From IMG/VR virus record IMGVR_UViG_3300044712_002452, positions 75,336 to 139,335 of that record: a stretch of 64,000 nucleotides of DNA. The stretch is one strand, 5' to 3'. The DNA comes from a virus. Taxonomy: Duplodnaviria > Heunggongvirae > Uroviricota > Caudoviricetes. A program made the position numbers and the translations under genes. This document shows, piece after piece, positions 53,721 through 63,811 of the stretch. The first letter of the stretch is position 1; every line of letters starts with the position of its first letter. The notes below the pieces were generated by a model. That model did not search any database, was not told the origin of the DNA, and saw nothing but the letters and a program-made list of their open reading frames with translations.

Positions 53721-55943
53721 AATCCTATCCTAACTGCGGCGGCAACGCCGTTTAAAGAAGTGCCGTATCTGGATGCCGATACCGGCATTTGGTCCACTCG
53801 ACTTTTTGACACCCGAGAACATTTTGTTTCCTTTCTCTGGTCTTGTTTCAAAGAACCGGGCAAATATGAGTTCGATCAGTCCGTTTTTAATATCAATGAA
53901 GAAGGCCGGAAATTTCAAGCCCGTAATTATTACACTTCACTGGTTCCCAAAACCAAAGACTGGAAGCATTACTGGGATACCCAAAAGCTTCGCTCCCGTC
54001 AAGGGGTCGTTTTAACCCACCAAGGGAAGACCTGGTATTTTACGCGGGATTACTACATGTGGTTGAACTTCTTACCCATCTACCACAAAGAAAAAAAGGT
54101 GTTTGCTTTTCCGGCTATTCGAGACGTTCAATATCATATTGCGCTATTCGAAACGATCGCTGAATACACTTTTAAGCATGTGGTATTGCTTAAAAAACGG
54201 CAGATTGCCTCTTCTTATTTCCACGCCGGCAAGCTCATCAACGGCTTTTGGTTTGAAGAAGGATTTGTGGGTAAGATGGGTGCTTCGCTTAAAGACTACA
54301 TCAATGAAAAAGGTACTTGGCTGTTTTTAAACGAATACTCCAACTTTCTCAACACCCACACGGCTTGGTACCGGCCTATGAATCCGGGAAAAGTGTTTGC
54401 TTGGGTGCAGCAAGTAGAAGTCAAAAACAACGGGCGTACGCAAACGCGCGGTTTGAAATCCCGCATTTCGGGTATGTCTTTTGAAAAAGACCCGACCAAT
54501 GGTGTAGGTGGACCTTGTACTTTTTTCTTCCATGAAGAAGGGGGTATTGCGCCACAAGCCGATACTACTTATGAGTTCATTCGACCCGCTATGCAGGATG
54601 GATTTATCACAACCGGTCTATTTGCTTTAGCGGGTTCAGTGGGTGATCTGGATCAATGTAAGCCGCTGGAAAAATACTTGAAGAACCCAATGGGGAACGG
54701 ATTTTTAGGGGTGGAAACAGATCTCTTTAATTCCAAAGGGGAACGCCGGGTATGCGGTTTGTTTATTCCCGAACAGTGGGGTATGCCGCCATTCATTGAC
54801 CCATATGGAAACTCCATGGTGAAAGAAGCCTTGGAAGCCATTATGGAACAACGGGCGGAATGGAAAAAAGACTTGGAGCCGCAGGAATATCAACTGCGGA
54901 TTTCGCAGGGGCCCATTAACATTGAAGAAGCCTTTGCTACCCGAAAGCTCTCCAAATTTCCGGCACATATCCTGCAAGCCGAAATTCAAAAAATAGAAGA
55001 CAAGACTTATCCCACTGAATACCTGGAACTCTACCGAACCGAACAAAACAAGATTCAGGCGCGTACCAGCCGGCGAACGCCGATCGTGGATTTTCCCATC
55101 AGTGCCAAAACCGAAAACAAAGAAGGGGTGCTAGTAGTGCACGAGCGGCCGGTGGAAAATGCGCCTTGGGGAAGCTACTATGCATCCATTGACCCGGTAG
55201 GTGAAGGTAAAACCACAACCTCGGATTCGCTTTGTACTATTTACGTTTACCGGGTTCCGACCGAAGTAGCGGTGTACCGCTCGGATGGCTCGCTCAATCA
55301 CACCCGTATTGATGGGGATTATGTGGTCGCGCATTGGTGCGGACGTTACGATGATATCAAAGACACCCACGAAATGCTGGAAATGATCATTGAGTGGTAC
55401 AATGCTTGGGCGCTAGTGGAAGCCAACGTCAGCTTGTTTATCAATTACATGATCACCCAGAAAAAGCAAAAATACTTGGTACCCAAAGACCAGATTGTTT
55501 TCTTAAAAGAACTGAGTGCCAACCAATCGAGCTATCAGGATTACGGATGGAAAAACACCGGCACTTTTTTCAAAACCAATTTGCTGAGTTATCTCATTGA
55601 GTTTATCAAAGAAGTGGTGAACAACGACTTTGACGAAAACGGAAAGGTAATAGAAGCCAGTAAAAAATTTGGGGTTTGCCGGATTCGAGATAAAATGGCT
55701 TTGGTAGAAGCCCTGGCTTATCAGGATGGACTCAACGTGGACCGATTGGTGGCACTGGCCGCTCTGATTGCTTTTGTCAAATTGCAGACTGCCAACCGAG
55801 GTTACAAGAAAATCAAAGAGTATGAAACCCCTTTGGTAGATACTCAAAAAAAGGCTAATTTATTAGTAAGGCAACCTTTTCGAAATCTGGAACGTGGGCG
55901 ATCCACGCAGGGTATTCGTAGACGACCTTTCAAAAATTTATAA
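53718..55943 (+). CDS. terL: terminase large subunit
   Basis: Deviant Walker A VLTHQGKT (T4 gp17 has SRQLGKT). C-terminal RNaseH-like nuclease motifs YASIDPVGEG and WALVEANVS. Gene order TerL-portal-scaffold-MCP. Confidence 0.65.
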   Translation: MNPILTAAATPFKEVPYLDADTGIWSTRLFDTREHFVSFLWSCFKEPGKYEFDQSVFNINEEGRKFQARNYYTSLVPKTKDWKHYWDTQKLRSRQGVVLTHQGKTWYFTRDYYMWLNFLPIYHKEKKVFAFPAIRDVQYHIALFETIAEYTFKHVVLLKKRQIASSYFHAGKLINGFWFEEGFVGKMGASLKDYINEKGTWLFLNEYSNFLNTHTAWYRPMNPGKVFAWVQQVEVKNNGRTQTRGLKSRISGMSFEKDPTNGVGGPCTFFFHEEGGIAPQADTTYEFIRPAMQDGFITTGLFALAGSVGDLDQCKPLEKYLKNPMGNGFLGVETDLFNSKGERRVCGLFIPEQWGMPPFIDPYGNSMVKEALEAIMEQRAEWKKDLEPQEYQLRISQGPINIEEAFATRKLSKFPAHILQAEIQKIEDKTYPTEYLELYRTEQNKIQARTSRRTPIVDFPISAKTENKEGVLVVHERPVENAPWGSYYASIDPVGEGKTTTSDSLCTIYVYRVPTEVAVYRSDGSLNHTRIDGDYVVAHWCGRYDDIKDTHEMLEMIIEWYNAWALVEANVSLFINYMITQKKQKYLVPKDQIVFLKELSANQSSYQDYGWKNTGTFFKTNLLSYLIEFIKEVVNNDFDENGKVIEASKKFGVCRIRDKMALVEALAYQDGLNVDRLVALAALIAFVKLQTANRGYKKIKEYETPLVDTQKKANLLVRQPFRNLERGRSTQGIRRRPFKNL

Positions 55944-55957
55944 TCCGGAGATATCCT

Positions 55958-58735
55958 ATGAGAGTACTCAATGCGCTGCAAATCAAAAATGGAGTCGGTG
56001 TCGGTCAAAGACGCTCCGGTACAACTTTGCTTACCCGACCCCTAAACTTCGTATCTGAAACGGAGAAAGATGAAGACTGGGCTATGGATCACATGGACTG
56101 GCTGGAAGAAGAAGGTATCAATCAGATTCGGCGTAAAGCGCCCAGCATGCTCAAAAAGTATCGATTGGCGCAAGGGGTGATTGATCGCAGCGATTATATT
56201 CCCGATGAATCCTGTAATGAGCATGCGGAACTCATTGACTTGCTCACCCGCAACGAAGAAAACACACCCAGCAAACTAAAATTCTATCCCATCATACCCA
56301 ATGTGATGCGGATCCTGCTTACCGAATTTGCCAAACGTCGATCCAAATTAGAGTTTCGGGCCATTGATACTTTATCTCAAAACGAGATCATCCGCAAAAA
56401 GACCAGTGAAATTGAAGAAGTCTTGATGTCAGAAGCTTACCAGAAGCAGCTTTTGTCGATGATGGAAATGGGTTATCAGCCGGATGATGAAGAAGTGGTA
56501 CAAGCCCTTAGTGCGGACAATTTAAAAAAACTCCCTGAAATTGAAGAGTATTACCGCCGGGATTATAAAAGCGACTATGAACTCTGGGCCAATGTCCAGC
56601 ATGCCGCAGATGTCGAGCGTTTTTGTTTTGATGAAAAAGAATTAATCGCTTACGGTGATTACCTGACAGTTGGAGAACAATATTGGCATTACCGGATGAT
56701 GGAAGACGACTATGAAGTGGAACTCTGGAATCCGGTGTTTACGTTTTCGCATAAAAGCGTCGACAAAAAATATGTGAGCGAAGGCAATTTTGTCGGAAAT
56801 ATTCAGCTCATGCCTTTTGCAGATGCCATTGACGCCTATGGTTATTTGATGGGTGACATGGATTTTGAAGATATGGAGCAACGCAATTTCCGGCACGTTT
56901 CGGGAAATAGCAATCTGTACAGCTCTAACACCCAAAATGACGGGTCGATGTACGACAGTTCCAAGTCTTATGAATGGAATACCAATCTGCCGGGCGTGGC
57001 CATGCGCCAATACTTAGATGCCCGCGGACGGTTTAACTCTTCGGATTTTATGGATGAGATTATCAATGGTTCCGGATACCAGGATCCCTTTGATACTTAT
57101 TCCGAAGATTTGGTGCGGGTATCTACAATGTATTGGATCTCCCAGCGAAAAGTGGGTATTCTAACTGAACAGCTCGGGCCGGGCATGCCGGTGACTAAAC
57201 TTGTGACTGAACAATTTAGTGTTACCCATCAGCCTATTTACAATACCACGGTTTTCACTGAAAAAAGCGAACTCAATTTGGTGTATGGTCAGCACGTAAA
57301 CTGGTTCTGGATCAAAGACCTTTGGGGTGGCGTGAAGATTTCACCCAATATGGCACCGGCCCGGCTGCGTGGTAGCAATACTTCTTTTGAACCGATTTAC
57401 CTGGGTATCGATTCCAAGAAACCCAGTCGCATGCGGTTTCAACCCAAAGGATATTCCGGTAAATATTCGGTTTGTCTGCCAGTAGAAGGATTGACAGGTA
57501 CGGCCCGAAATTCGGAAATCCGCACGCCGGTCGATTTAATGACCCCTTCTCAACTGCAATTCAATATGGTCAATAACCAAATTGCAGATATCATGATCGA
57601 TGAGAAAGGACAAGTGATGTTGCTCGATCATAATGCTTTACCCAAAAATTCAATGGGTGAAGAGTGGGGGCATGGTAATTTGGCAAAAGCCTATGCGGCT
57701 ATGCAAGATTTTGGAATCTTGCCTTTGGATACCGTGATTTCCAATACCGAAAACGCTTTGAATTTCTCTCACTACCAGGTGTTGAATTTCGAAGAAACCA
57801 ATCGTTTGCTCGGTAGAATACAACTGGCCGCTTATTTCAAGCAAGAAGCTTATTCAACTCTGGGTATCAACCCGCAGCGTATTGGCGGTGAAACCGGCCG
57901 GCAAACAGCTAAAGGCGTAGAAGAAAACCTCAACGCTTCTTACAACCAAACGGAAACTTGGTTTATCGAACACTGTGATCATTTGATGCCTCGGGTTCAC
58001 CAAATGCGGACCAATTTTGCTCAATACTATCATTCATCTAAATCCAGTTTTCGACTGCAAGTACTGACTTCCAATAGTCAGCGCAAGATGTTTGAGTTCT
58101 CCGGCGAACAATTAAACGGGCGGGATATTCACGTGTACGCGGTTACCAAAAGCAATCGCCGGGAAACTATGCGTAAACTCGAGTCTTTGGCCATCAACAA
58201 CAATACGACCGGCGGATCCTTGAATGATTTGGGATCACTGATGAACGCAGAAAGCCTGATCGAAATGACGGATGCTCTGGCACGGATTGAACAAAAGCAA
58301 CAGGCGGCGCTGGAAGCTGAGCGTGCCCACGAAAAAGAAATTGAACAGATGCGCATGCAAGAGCAAGCCGCTATTCGGGATAAAGAACTGGCCCAAGAGA
58401 AACAAATTGCAGACGATAAAAACAAGACCGATATCATCACCAGCGAAATCAAAGCGGCGGGATATGGTTCTATGGAAGATATCAATGCCAATCAGCAAAG
58501 TGATTACCTGGATGCCCTTGACCGGATTCAGGCTTCCGAGCAGTACCGGGATACCATGGACTTTAAACGGGAGCAAGAGCGCAATAAGATTCAAGTGGCT
58601 AGAGAGCAACTGAACCAGAAAATGCAGGATCGTGCGAGCAAAGAGCGGATTGCTGACAAACAACTTCAGGTTGCACGTGAAAACAAAAACAAGTACGACG
58701 TAGAAAAAAAGAAAAAAGCTAACGCAAAAAAATAA
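55958..58735 (+). CDS. portal protein with Lys/Glu/Gln-rich coiled-coil C-terminal extension
   Basis: 925 aa, lies between TerL and scaffold. The last about 150 aa are a highly charged coiled coil. Confidence 0.5.
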   Translation: MRVLNALQIKNGVGVGQRRSGTTLLTRPLNFVSETEKDEDWAMDHMDWLEEEGINQIRRKAPSMLKKYRLAQGVIDRSDYIPDESCNEHAELIDLLTRNEENTPSKLKFYPIIPNVMRILLTEFAKRRSKLEFRAIDTLSQNEIIRKKTSEIEEVLMSEAYQKQLLSMMEMGYQPDDEEVVQALSADNLKKLPEIEEYYRRDYKSDYELWANVQHAADVERFCFDEKELIAYGDYLTVGEQYWHYRMMEDDYEVELWNPVFTFSHKSVDKKYVSEGNFVGNIQLMPFADAIDAYGYLMGDMDFEDMEQRNFRHVSGNSNLYSSNTQNDGSMYDSSKSYEWNTNLPGVAMRQYLDARGRFNSSDFMDEIINGSGYQDPFDTYSEDLVRVSTMYWISQRKVGILTEQLGPGMPVTKLVTEQFSVTHQPIYNTTVFTEKSELNLVYGQHVNWFWIKDLWGGVKISPNMAPARLRGSNTSFEPIYLGIDSKKPSRMRFQPKGYSGKYSVCLPVEGLTGTARNSEIRTPVDLMTPSQLQFNMVNNQIADIMIDEKGQVMLLDHNALPKNSMGEEWGHGNLAKAYAAMQDFGILPLDTVISNTENALNFSHYQVLNFEETNRLLGRIQLAAYFKQEAYSTLGINPQRIGGETGRQTAKGVEENLNASYNQTETWFIEHCDHLMPRVHQMRTNFAQYYHSSKSSFRLQVLTSNSQRKMFEFSGEQLNGRDIHVYAVTKSNRRETMRKLESLAINNNTTGGSLNDLGSLMNAESLIEMTDALARIEQKQQAALEAERAHEKEIEQMRMQEQAAIRDKELAQEKQIADDKNKTDIITSEIKAAGYGSMEDINANQQSDYLDALDRIQASEQYRDTMDFKREQERNKIQVAREQLNQKMQDRASKERIADKQLQVARENKNKYDVEKKKKANAKK

Positions 58736-58806
58736 TTTTTTGTAGAATTTGAAATTTATTCTACAAATGATTATATTATAATTGTAGATAAAACCAACTA
58801 TTTGAT

Positions 58807-60123
58807 ATGAGTCAAAATCAAAGCGGAGCATCCGTGGTGGTTCAGGCTGCCGACGACAACGTAATCGATGATTTGTTTAATTCCATGCCGGGGTCAGATA
58901 ACATCATCAACGATCCAGGAGCAGGCGATAATGGTCCAGATGATTTGACCGAACCAAAAAACTTGTTGAGTAAACCAACACCATCGGCTATTGATCAGAT
59001 TTTTGGAGACACCCCTCGGCCGGCAGCAGTGGTAAAAGGAACGGTAAGTACTGAAACGGACGAGTTGCTCAACGATATCACCGGAGATGCGTCAAATAAC
59101 TCAGATGAAAATGGGGGTGATCCTGACCAAAAAGATACCGGTGGAAAAACAGGTTCTAAAACACCGCTGGTGAATTTCATCAAAAAGGGAGTAGAAGCGG
59201 GAACCATGCAACCCTTTGATGATTACGATGCTGAAAAAAGTTCTTTGGATGAATACCTGGCTTCTTTGACCTATGCGGAATTAGAAGAGTTGTTGGAAGC
59301 CAATAGCAGTTTGGAAAAAACGCAACTGAAAGAAACGGTTGAAAAAGAGTTCTTGGAAAATTTGCCGCGTGAAATGCAGTACGCACTGCGCTACATCGCT
59401 GAAGGGGGTACGGATATGCAAACCTTGTTTGCTTCATTGGCTCAGGCTCAACAATTGACCAATTTGGATGTAAGCAACGCCGAACACCACAGCGAAATCG
59501 CCCGACAGTATTTGCACGCAACCAATTATGGTACGCCTGAAGAGATTGAGCAAGAAATTTCCGATTGGGAAAAAGCCGGGGTATTAAATCGGAAGGCTGC
59601 GCAGTTCAAACCGAAACTGGATGCCATGCAGGATCAAATCTTGCAGGACAAGGTGGCTGAACAAGCAAGAGCCAAACAGAAAGCAAAAGAGCAAACCGAG
59701 CTTTATTTTAATAATGTGTATGAGGCTTTAAAGCCCGGTCTGATTGGAGAAGTGAAGATTGATAAGCGCATGCAGCAGTCTTTGTATGATGGATTGACCC
59801 AGTTCAATTTCCCATCTAAAAGCGGGAAAATGACCAATGAGTTAGGTCACTTGATTGAAAAGCATCAGTTCGAAGAACCCAATTTGGCTTTGCTGGCCGA
59901 AGCCCAATGGTTACTCAGAGATCCGGAAGGATACCGAGCTGAATTGTTGAAACTGGGTTCCGCTAAATCGGCCGCTGAAGCGCAGCAAGAATTGAATAAA
60001 GAGCAGAGTCGAAAATTAGCGGGAAGTGGAAAAACCGCTGAGACAACCGGTAAGCCTGCCACCGTAGAAAAAAAGGTAAGCAAACCGGCGATCACCCGGT
60101 CGGTATTAAGCCGAAAGTTTTGA
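58807..60123 (+). CDS. scaffolding protein candidate
   Basis: 438 aa, acidic N-terminus and helical/coiled-coil content. Lies between portal and capsid genes. Confidence 0.45.
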   Translation: MSQNQSGASVVVQAADDNVIDDLFNSMPGSDNIINDPGAGDNGPDDLTEPKNLLSKPTPSAIDQIFGDTPRPAAVVKGTVSTETDELLNDITGDASNNSDENGGDPDQKDTGGKTGSKTPLVNFIKKGVEAGTMQPFDDYDAEKSSLDEYLASLTYAELEELLEANSSLEKTQLKETVEKEFLENLPREMQYALRYIAEGGTDMQTLFASLAQAQQLTNLDVSNAEHHSEIARQYLHATNYGTPEEIEQEISDWEKAGVLNRKAAQFKPKLDAMQDQILQDKVAEQARAKQKAKEQTELYFNNVYEALKPGLIGEVKIDKRMQQSLYDGLTQFNFPSKSGKMTNELGHLIEKHQFEEPNLALLAEAQWLLRDPEGYRAELLKLGSAKSAAEAQQELNKEQSRKLAGSGKTAETTGKPATVEKKVSKPAITRSVLSRKF

Positions 60124-60175
60124 TCTGAAAACCTATGAAAAATTATATTAATCAATAATCCTTAATCCTTATCCT

Positions 60176-61801
60176 ATGGCAACTCCCGTTCTTAATAACG
60201 GTATTTTCTTGCGGGAAGTTTCTTACGAAACTACCGCCCATGTGGATTCTTATCACCTCTACAACCTCATCGGGAAAGATGCCATGACGGATCTGGGTCC
60301 GGTAGAGTTGTTTGCCCACGCGCAAAAGGTAGAAATACCTTTGTATCAGATGGCAAGCTTTGGCGGTAAGAATGTCATCATGGTTCAAAACAGTCGTGGT
60401 GAATTCAAATGGGATATTCCCATTCTGCAAGATTTGCCAACGTTCATGGAAGACATCGAACCCGGTAACACCGAAAAGGGTCGTGATGGTAGCACCTTCA
60501 AAGTGAAAGTAAGCCGTCGGGCCTTCTCTCACGGAGATGTGTTTTCTTATGACAAATACAACGGTGTCGAAATTTACATCACCGATGAAGACATCCTGGA
60601 TGGTGGTGATAAAGCCGTGATTTACACGTGTCGCTTGGTCAACAACGACAACGCGAAGTTTCTGGACAACAAGTACATCAAGCATGGTACCAAGTTGTTC
60701 CGTAAGACTTCTGCCAAATCCGGCGAGTACGGTGAGAAGTTCTCTGATTTGGGTAACCAAACGGCCGGACACCGTGAGTACTACAACTATGTAGGGGGTG
60801 CCGAAGCACACTGTCATTTCCATATTTCGTCTAAGGCGGATATGATGGCAAAAGGTGGTTTGCTCAACAATGGCCGGGTGCCGGTAACGGAACTCTGGCG
60901 TTCATTCGACAGCAACTTGGATCCTTCCATCCGCAGCTTGGATGAAATGGCCAAAAAAATGGGTAAGGACTACATGAAAAAGTCTTACGAAAAAGGTACT
61001 CTGGTACGCAATTTCGTGACCACCATCGAATCCAAGTGTATTCAAAAAGTCGCCAACGACATCGAAAGTTACGCGATGTGGGGTCATGGTGGTCGTCTGC
61101 GTCAAGACGGGCCTGATGATTTCCGTTTGAGCGTAGGTCTTTGGAAGCAATTGGATAACGCCTGGAAGAAGAAGTATAACAAAGGTGCTTTCACCATGGA
61201 CTTCTTCAAGGGTGAAATTTTCAACTTCTTCGCAGGTCGCGTAAGTTTTGAAGGTCCGGATCCTAAGCGTAAACTGATCGTTCAAACCGGTATAGCGGGT
61301 ATGCGCGTAGTAAGTGCTGCCATCGAGCGTTATGCATTCGCTTCCAATCTGGTGATGAATGCTACGGAGCTGGGTGCGATCACCGGTAAGGGTATGAACC
61401 TAGACTTCGGTTTTGCGTTCACTTCTTTCACCATTCCGTATCTGGCAAACGTTCAGTTCGTATTGAACCCTGCTTTTGACAGCGTTCATACCAACGATAT
61501 TGAAAACCCGATCATTGACGGTCATCCGCTGAGCTCTTACAGCTTTGTGATCTTTGACGTTACCGATCAAGGTTCTGACAATATCTTCTTGCTCAAATGG
61601 GCGCATGACCATGAATTGAAGTGGTTCTACCAAAATGGTACCATGGACTACATGGGTCGTTCAACCGGATTTGCATCTACCGGCCTGTTCTCAGGTTACA
61701 AGGTGTATATGCAACAAACCATGCCGGCCATTTGGGTTAAAGACCCAACTCGCGTGTTGAAGATCGTGATGACCAATCCGATCACAGGCGGTTCACTGTA
61801 A
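60176..61801 (+). CDS. major capsid protein candidate
   Basis: 541 aa. Highly-expressed-gene codon bias (GGT/CGT/AAG). Followed by the strongest terminator in the window. Confidence 0.55.
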   Translation: MATPVLNNGIFLREVSYETTAHVDSYHLYNLIGKDAMTDLGPVELFAHAQKVEIPLYQMASFGGKNVIMVQNSRGEFKWDIPILQDLPTFMEDIEPGNTEKGRDGSTFKVKVSRRAFSHGDVFSYDKYNGVEIYITDEDILDGGDKAVIYTCRLVNNDNAKFLDNKYIKHGTKLFRKTSAKSGEYGEKFSDLGNQTAGHREYYNYVGGAEAHCHFHISSKADMMAKGGLLNNGRVPVTELWRSFDSNLDPSIRSLDEMAKKMGKDYMKKSYEKGTLVRNFVTTIESKCIQKVANDIESYAMWGHGGRLRQDGPDDFRLSVGLWKQLDNAWKKKYNKGAFTMDFFKGEIFNFFAGRVSFEGPDPKRKLIVQTGIAGMRVVSAAIERYAFASNLVMNATELGAITGKGMNLDFGFAFTSFTIPYLANVQFVLNPAFDSVHTNDIENPIIDGHPLSSYSFVIFDVTDQGSDNIFLLKWAHDHELKWFYQNGTMDYMGRSTGFASTGLFSGYKVYMQQTMPAIWVKDPTRVLKIVMTNPITGGSL

Positions 61802-61810
61802 TTCATCAAT

Positions 61811-61850
61811 GAAGTGTCGCAGCCTTAAACAAGCTACGGCACTTCATTTT
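61811..61850 (+). terminator. rho-independent terminator after major capsid gene
   Basis: GAAGTGTCGCAGC...GCTACGGCACTTC, 12/13-bp stem, followed by ATTTTAT. Confidence 0.6.
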
Positions 61851-61854
61851 ATAA

Positions 61855-61926
61855 AGCGGGGTAGAGCAGAGGTAGCTCGTTAGGCTCATAACCTAAAGGC
61901 CGGTGGTTCGATCCCATCTCCCGCTA
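61855..61926 (+). tRNA. tRNA-Met (CAT anticodon; elongator or Ile-lysidine type)
   Basis: Cloverleaf: acceptor AGCGGGG/TCCCGCT, D-arm GAGC-AGAGGTA-GCTC, anticodon arm TTAGG-CTCATAA-CCTAA, T-arm GGTGG-TTCGATC-CCATC. Confidence 0.75.
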
Positions 61927-61958
61927 CTGATTCGATAAACCAACACAACCACTTCACT

Positions 61959-62984
61959 ATGTCAAAGTCATTTGAAGAAATGATCAGCGATGATAAGCTG
62001 AGTCAGCCACAATCTGAAATTTTCATTCGTCCTTTTGTAGAAAAGGGTAAACTGAACATGGGGCTTGAACGATACGAGCAAGTTCTTTTTGAAGGCTGTT
62101 TTCACGAAGAAACTCTTTCTTGCTTAGAGTCAAACGGTATCAAGCGTTACTTGACCGGTCTTGACGAATTTGCCCCTGAAATCAAACGCTTACCTACGGA
62201 AGAGCGTGTAGCTAAAGTCAAACAAATTCGCGCAACGGTAGCGGAACTGGAAAAAGTGCTGGCCGGAAATGTGCTGGATGTAGAAAGTGCTGATTTTTGG
62301 AAAGATGTGCAAATTTTGACCCCTAAGAATTATGATTTTTGGGAAACGGTAAAAGTGAAATTGGGTAACGAGCCAACGTTACTGGATACCAACAATCCCA
62401 TCGATATCATCAAGTTGGCAGCCATCGAAGCCGGCGGATTCAGCATCATCGCCAAAGATTTGGAAACCGCCCGTAAAATGGCGATTGCCCCTAAATTTTA
62501 CCTGGACAAGCGAGAAGATACCGCCACTTATGTGACCGAGCCTAAAAAACTATACGGTCGTTGTCAATCAGAGCTAATGAAGCTCTACGATAAGATGCCC
62601 AACAAGATGTTCATGATCTGTAAGGTCTTTGATATCAACGGCACTCAGTTGAAAAAAACAACTTCTCCGGATGTCGTGTACAATTACTTGTACGATACGC
62701 TGGATGGTACGCGCGGTGAGTCCAGAAACCTGAATAAAACGCACACTATGTTTTTGGACTTGTGTGCGCAAAACATGGAAGTATTGACCATGCGGGCTAT
62801 TATTCGGGATGGATCCCACTGGAAAAAAGTGCACACCAAAGCTGACGGCTTTATTTACCATACGGCTACCAATACCATGATGGGTAAAAATCCCAGTGAC
62901 GTATTGGAGTTTTTGAAAAACCCGCTCAATGAAGCGGTGTTGCGTGAGCTGCAGGATGAAGTAGAGCAAATCTGGAAACGCTAA
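61959..62984 (+). CDS. hypothetical structural-module protein
   Basis: 341 aa ORF. Confidence 0.45.
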   Translation: MSKSFEEMISDDKLSQPQSEIFIRPFVEKGKLNMGLERYEQVLFEGCFHEETLSCLESNGIKRYLTGLDEFAPEIKRLPTEERVAKVKQIRATVAELEKVLAGNVLDVESADFWKDVQILTPKNYDFWETVKVKLGNEPTLLDTNNPIDIIKLAAIEAGGFSIIAKDLETARKMAIAPKFYLDKREDTATYVTEPKKLYGRCQSELMKLYDKMPNKMFMICKVFDINGTQLKKTTSPDVVYNYLYDTLDGTRGESRNLNKTHTMFLDLCAQNMEVLTMRAIIRDGSHWKKVHTKADGFIYHTATNTMMGKNPSDVLEFLKNPLNEAVLRELQDEVEQIWKR

Positions 62985-63003
62985 TTCAATTTGAATAACT
63001 GAT

Positions 63004-63714
63004 ATGACCATTCAACTTTTACAGATCAAGTTTCAACAGCGGCTTAACAAGCTGGCTTCTCAGGATTTCGACAATATTGAATCCTGGCAAATTGTTGAAG
63101 CTTATGATAAAGCCGAACTGCAAGTAGTTCGGGATCTGTTGGATGGAAAAACGCTTAAAAGAGATGGCCAAGGTTCGTCACTATTTTCGGTGACGGACCT
63201 TCAGCCTTTAATTACACCCAATCATACCTTAAACGGTACGGATCAGGGTGACTATTTTGTTTCTTTGCCCTTACCGGAAAATTTCATGCAGTGGGTGGAT
63301 GTTTCTGTAAAAGCCCAATCGGGTTGTTGCCCTGGAGAAAAAAGAAACCTTACTTGTTGGTTGGTACCGATTGAAAAAAAATCGTTGTGGGAAAAGGATG
63401 AATCCTTTAAAGCTAGTTTCTATTTTGCTGAAACCTTTGCATACCTGGCTTCCAATCAAATTCATATTTGTCAGCAAGATGAGTTTAAAGTGTGCGAAGC
63501 GGTTTTGTCATACTATCGCTTGCCCCGCGGGATTCAAATTGCCGGAACGATTTCTCCGTCTACCGGAAAAATGGCGATTAAAGACACGCTTCCCGAATTA
63601 AAAGATGATTTGGTAGAACTGATCATTGATCAAGCGGTGGCTATTATTGCAGCAGATACCGAGAATTGGAATCAAGCACAAAGAGCCGGTCAAAACGTAG
63701 CGCAACACGTGTAA
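63004..63714 (+). CDS. hypothetical structural-module protein
   Basis: 236 aa ORF. Confidence 0.45.
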   Translation: MTIQLLQIKFQQRLNKLASQDFDNIESWQIVEAYDKAELQVVRDLLDGKTLKRDGQGSSLFSVTDLQPLITPNHTLNGTDQGDYFVSLPLPENFMQWVDVSVKAQSGCCPGEKRNLTCWLVPIEKKSLWEKDESFKASFYFAETFAYLASNQIHICQQDEFKVCEAVLSYYRLPRGIQIAGTISPSTGKMAIKDTLPELKDDLVELIIDQAVAIIAADTENWNQAQRAGQNVAQHV

Positions 63715-63811
63715 AATATTTTTTTTCTAAAAATCAAAAGCCTTCTATTTTTTGATTATATTCTAATTGCAAGCTTTACTTAAACTTTTTATTTTATAAA
63801 ACCCTTATCCT

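Noticed and set aside
58129-58831. Minus-strand ORFs 58129..58491 and 58235..58831 under the portal C-terminus
   Set aside because: Antisense artefacts of the AAG/GAA-rich coiled-coil coding region. No promoter, and they oppose the late operon.
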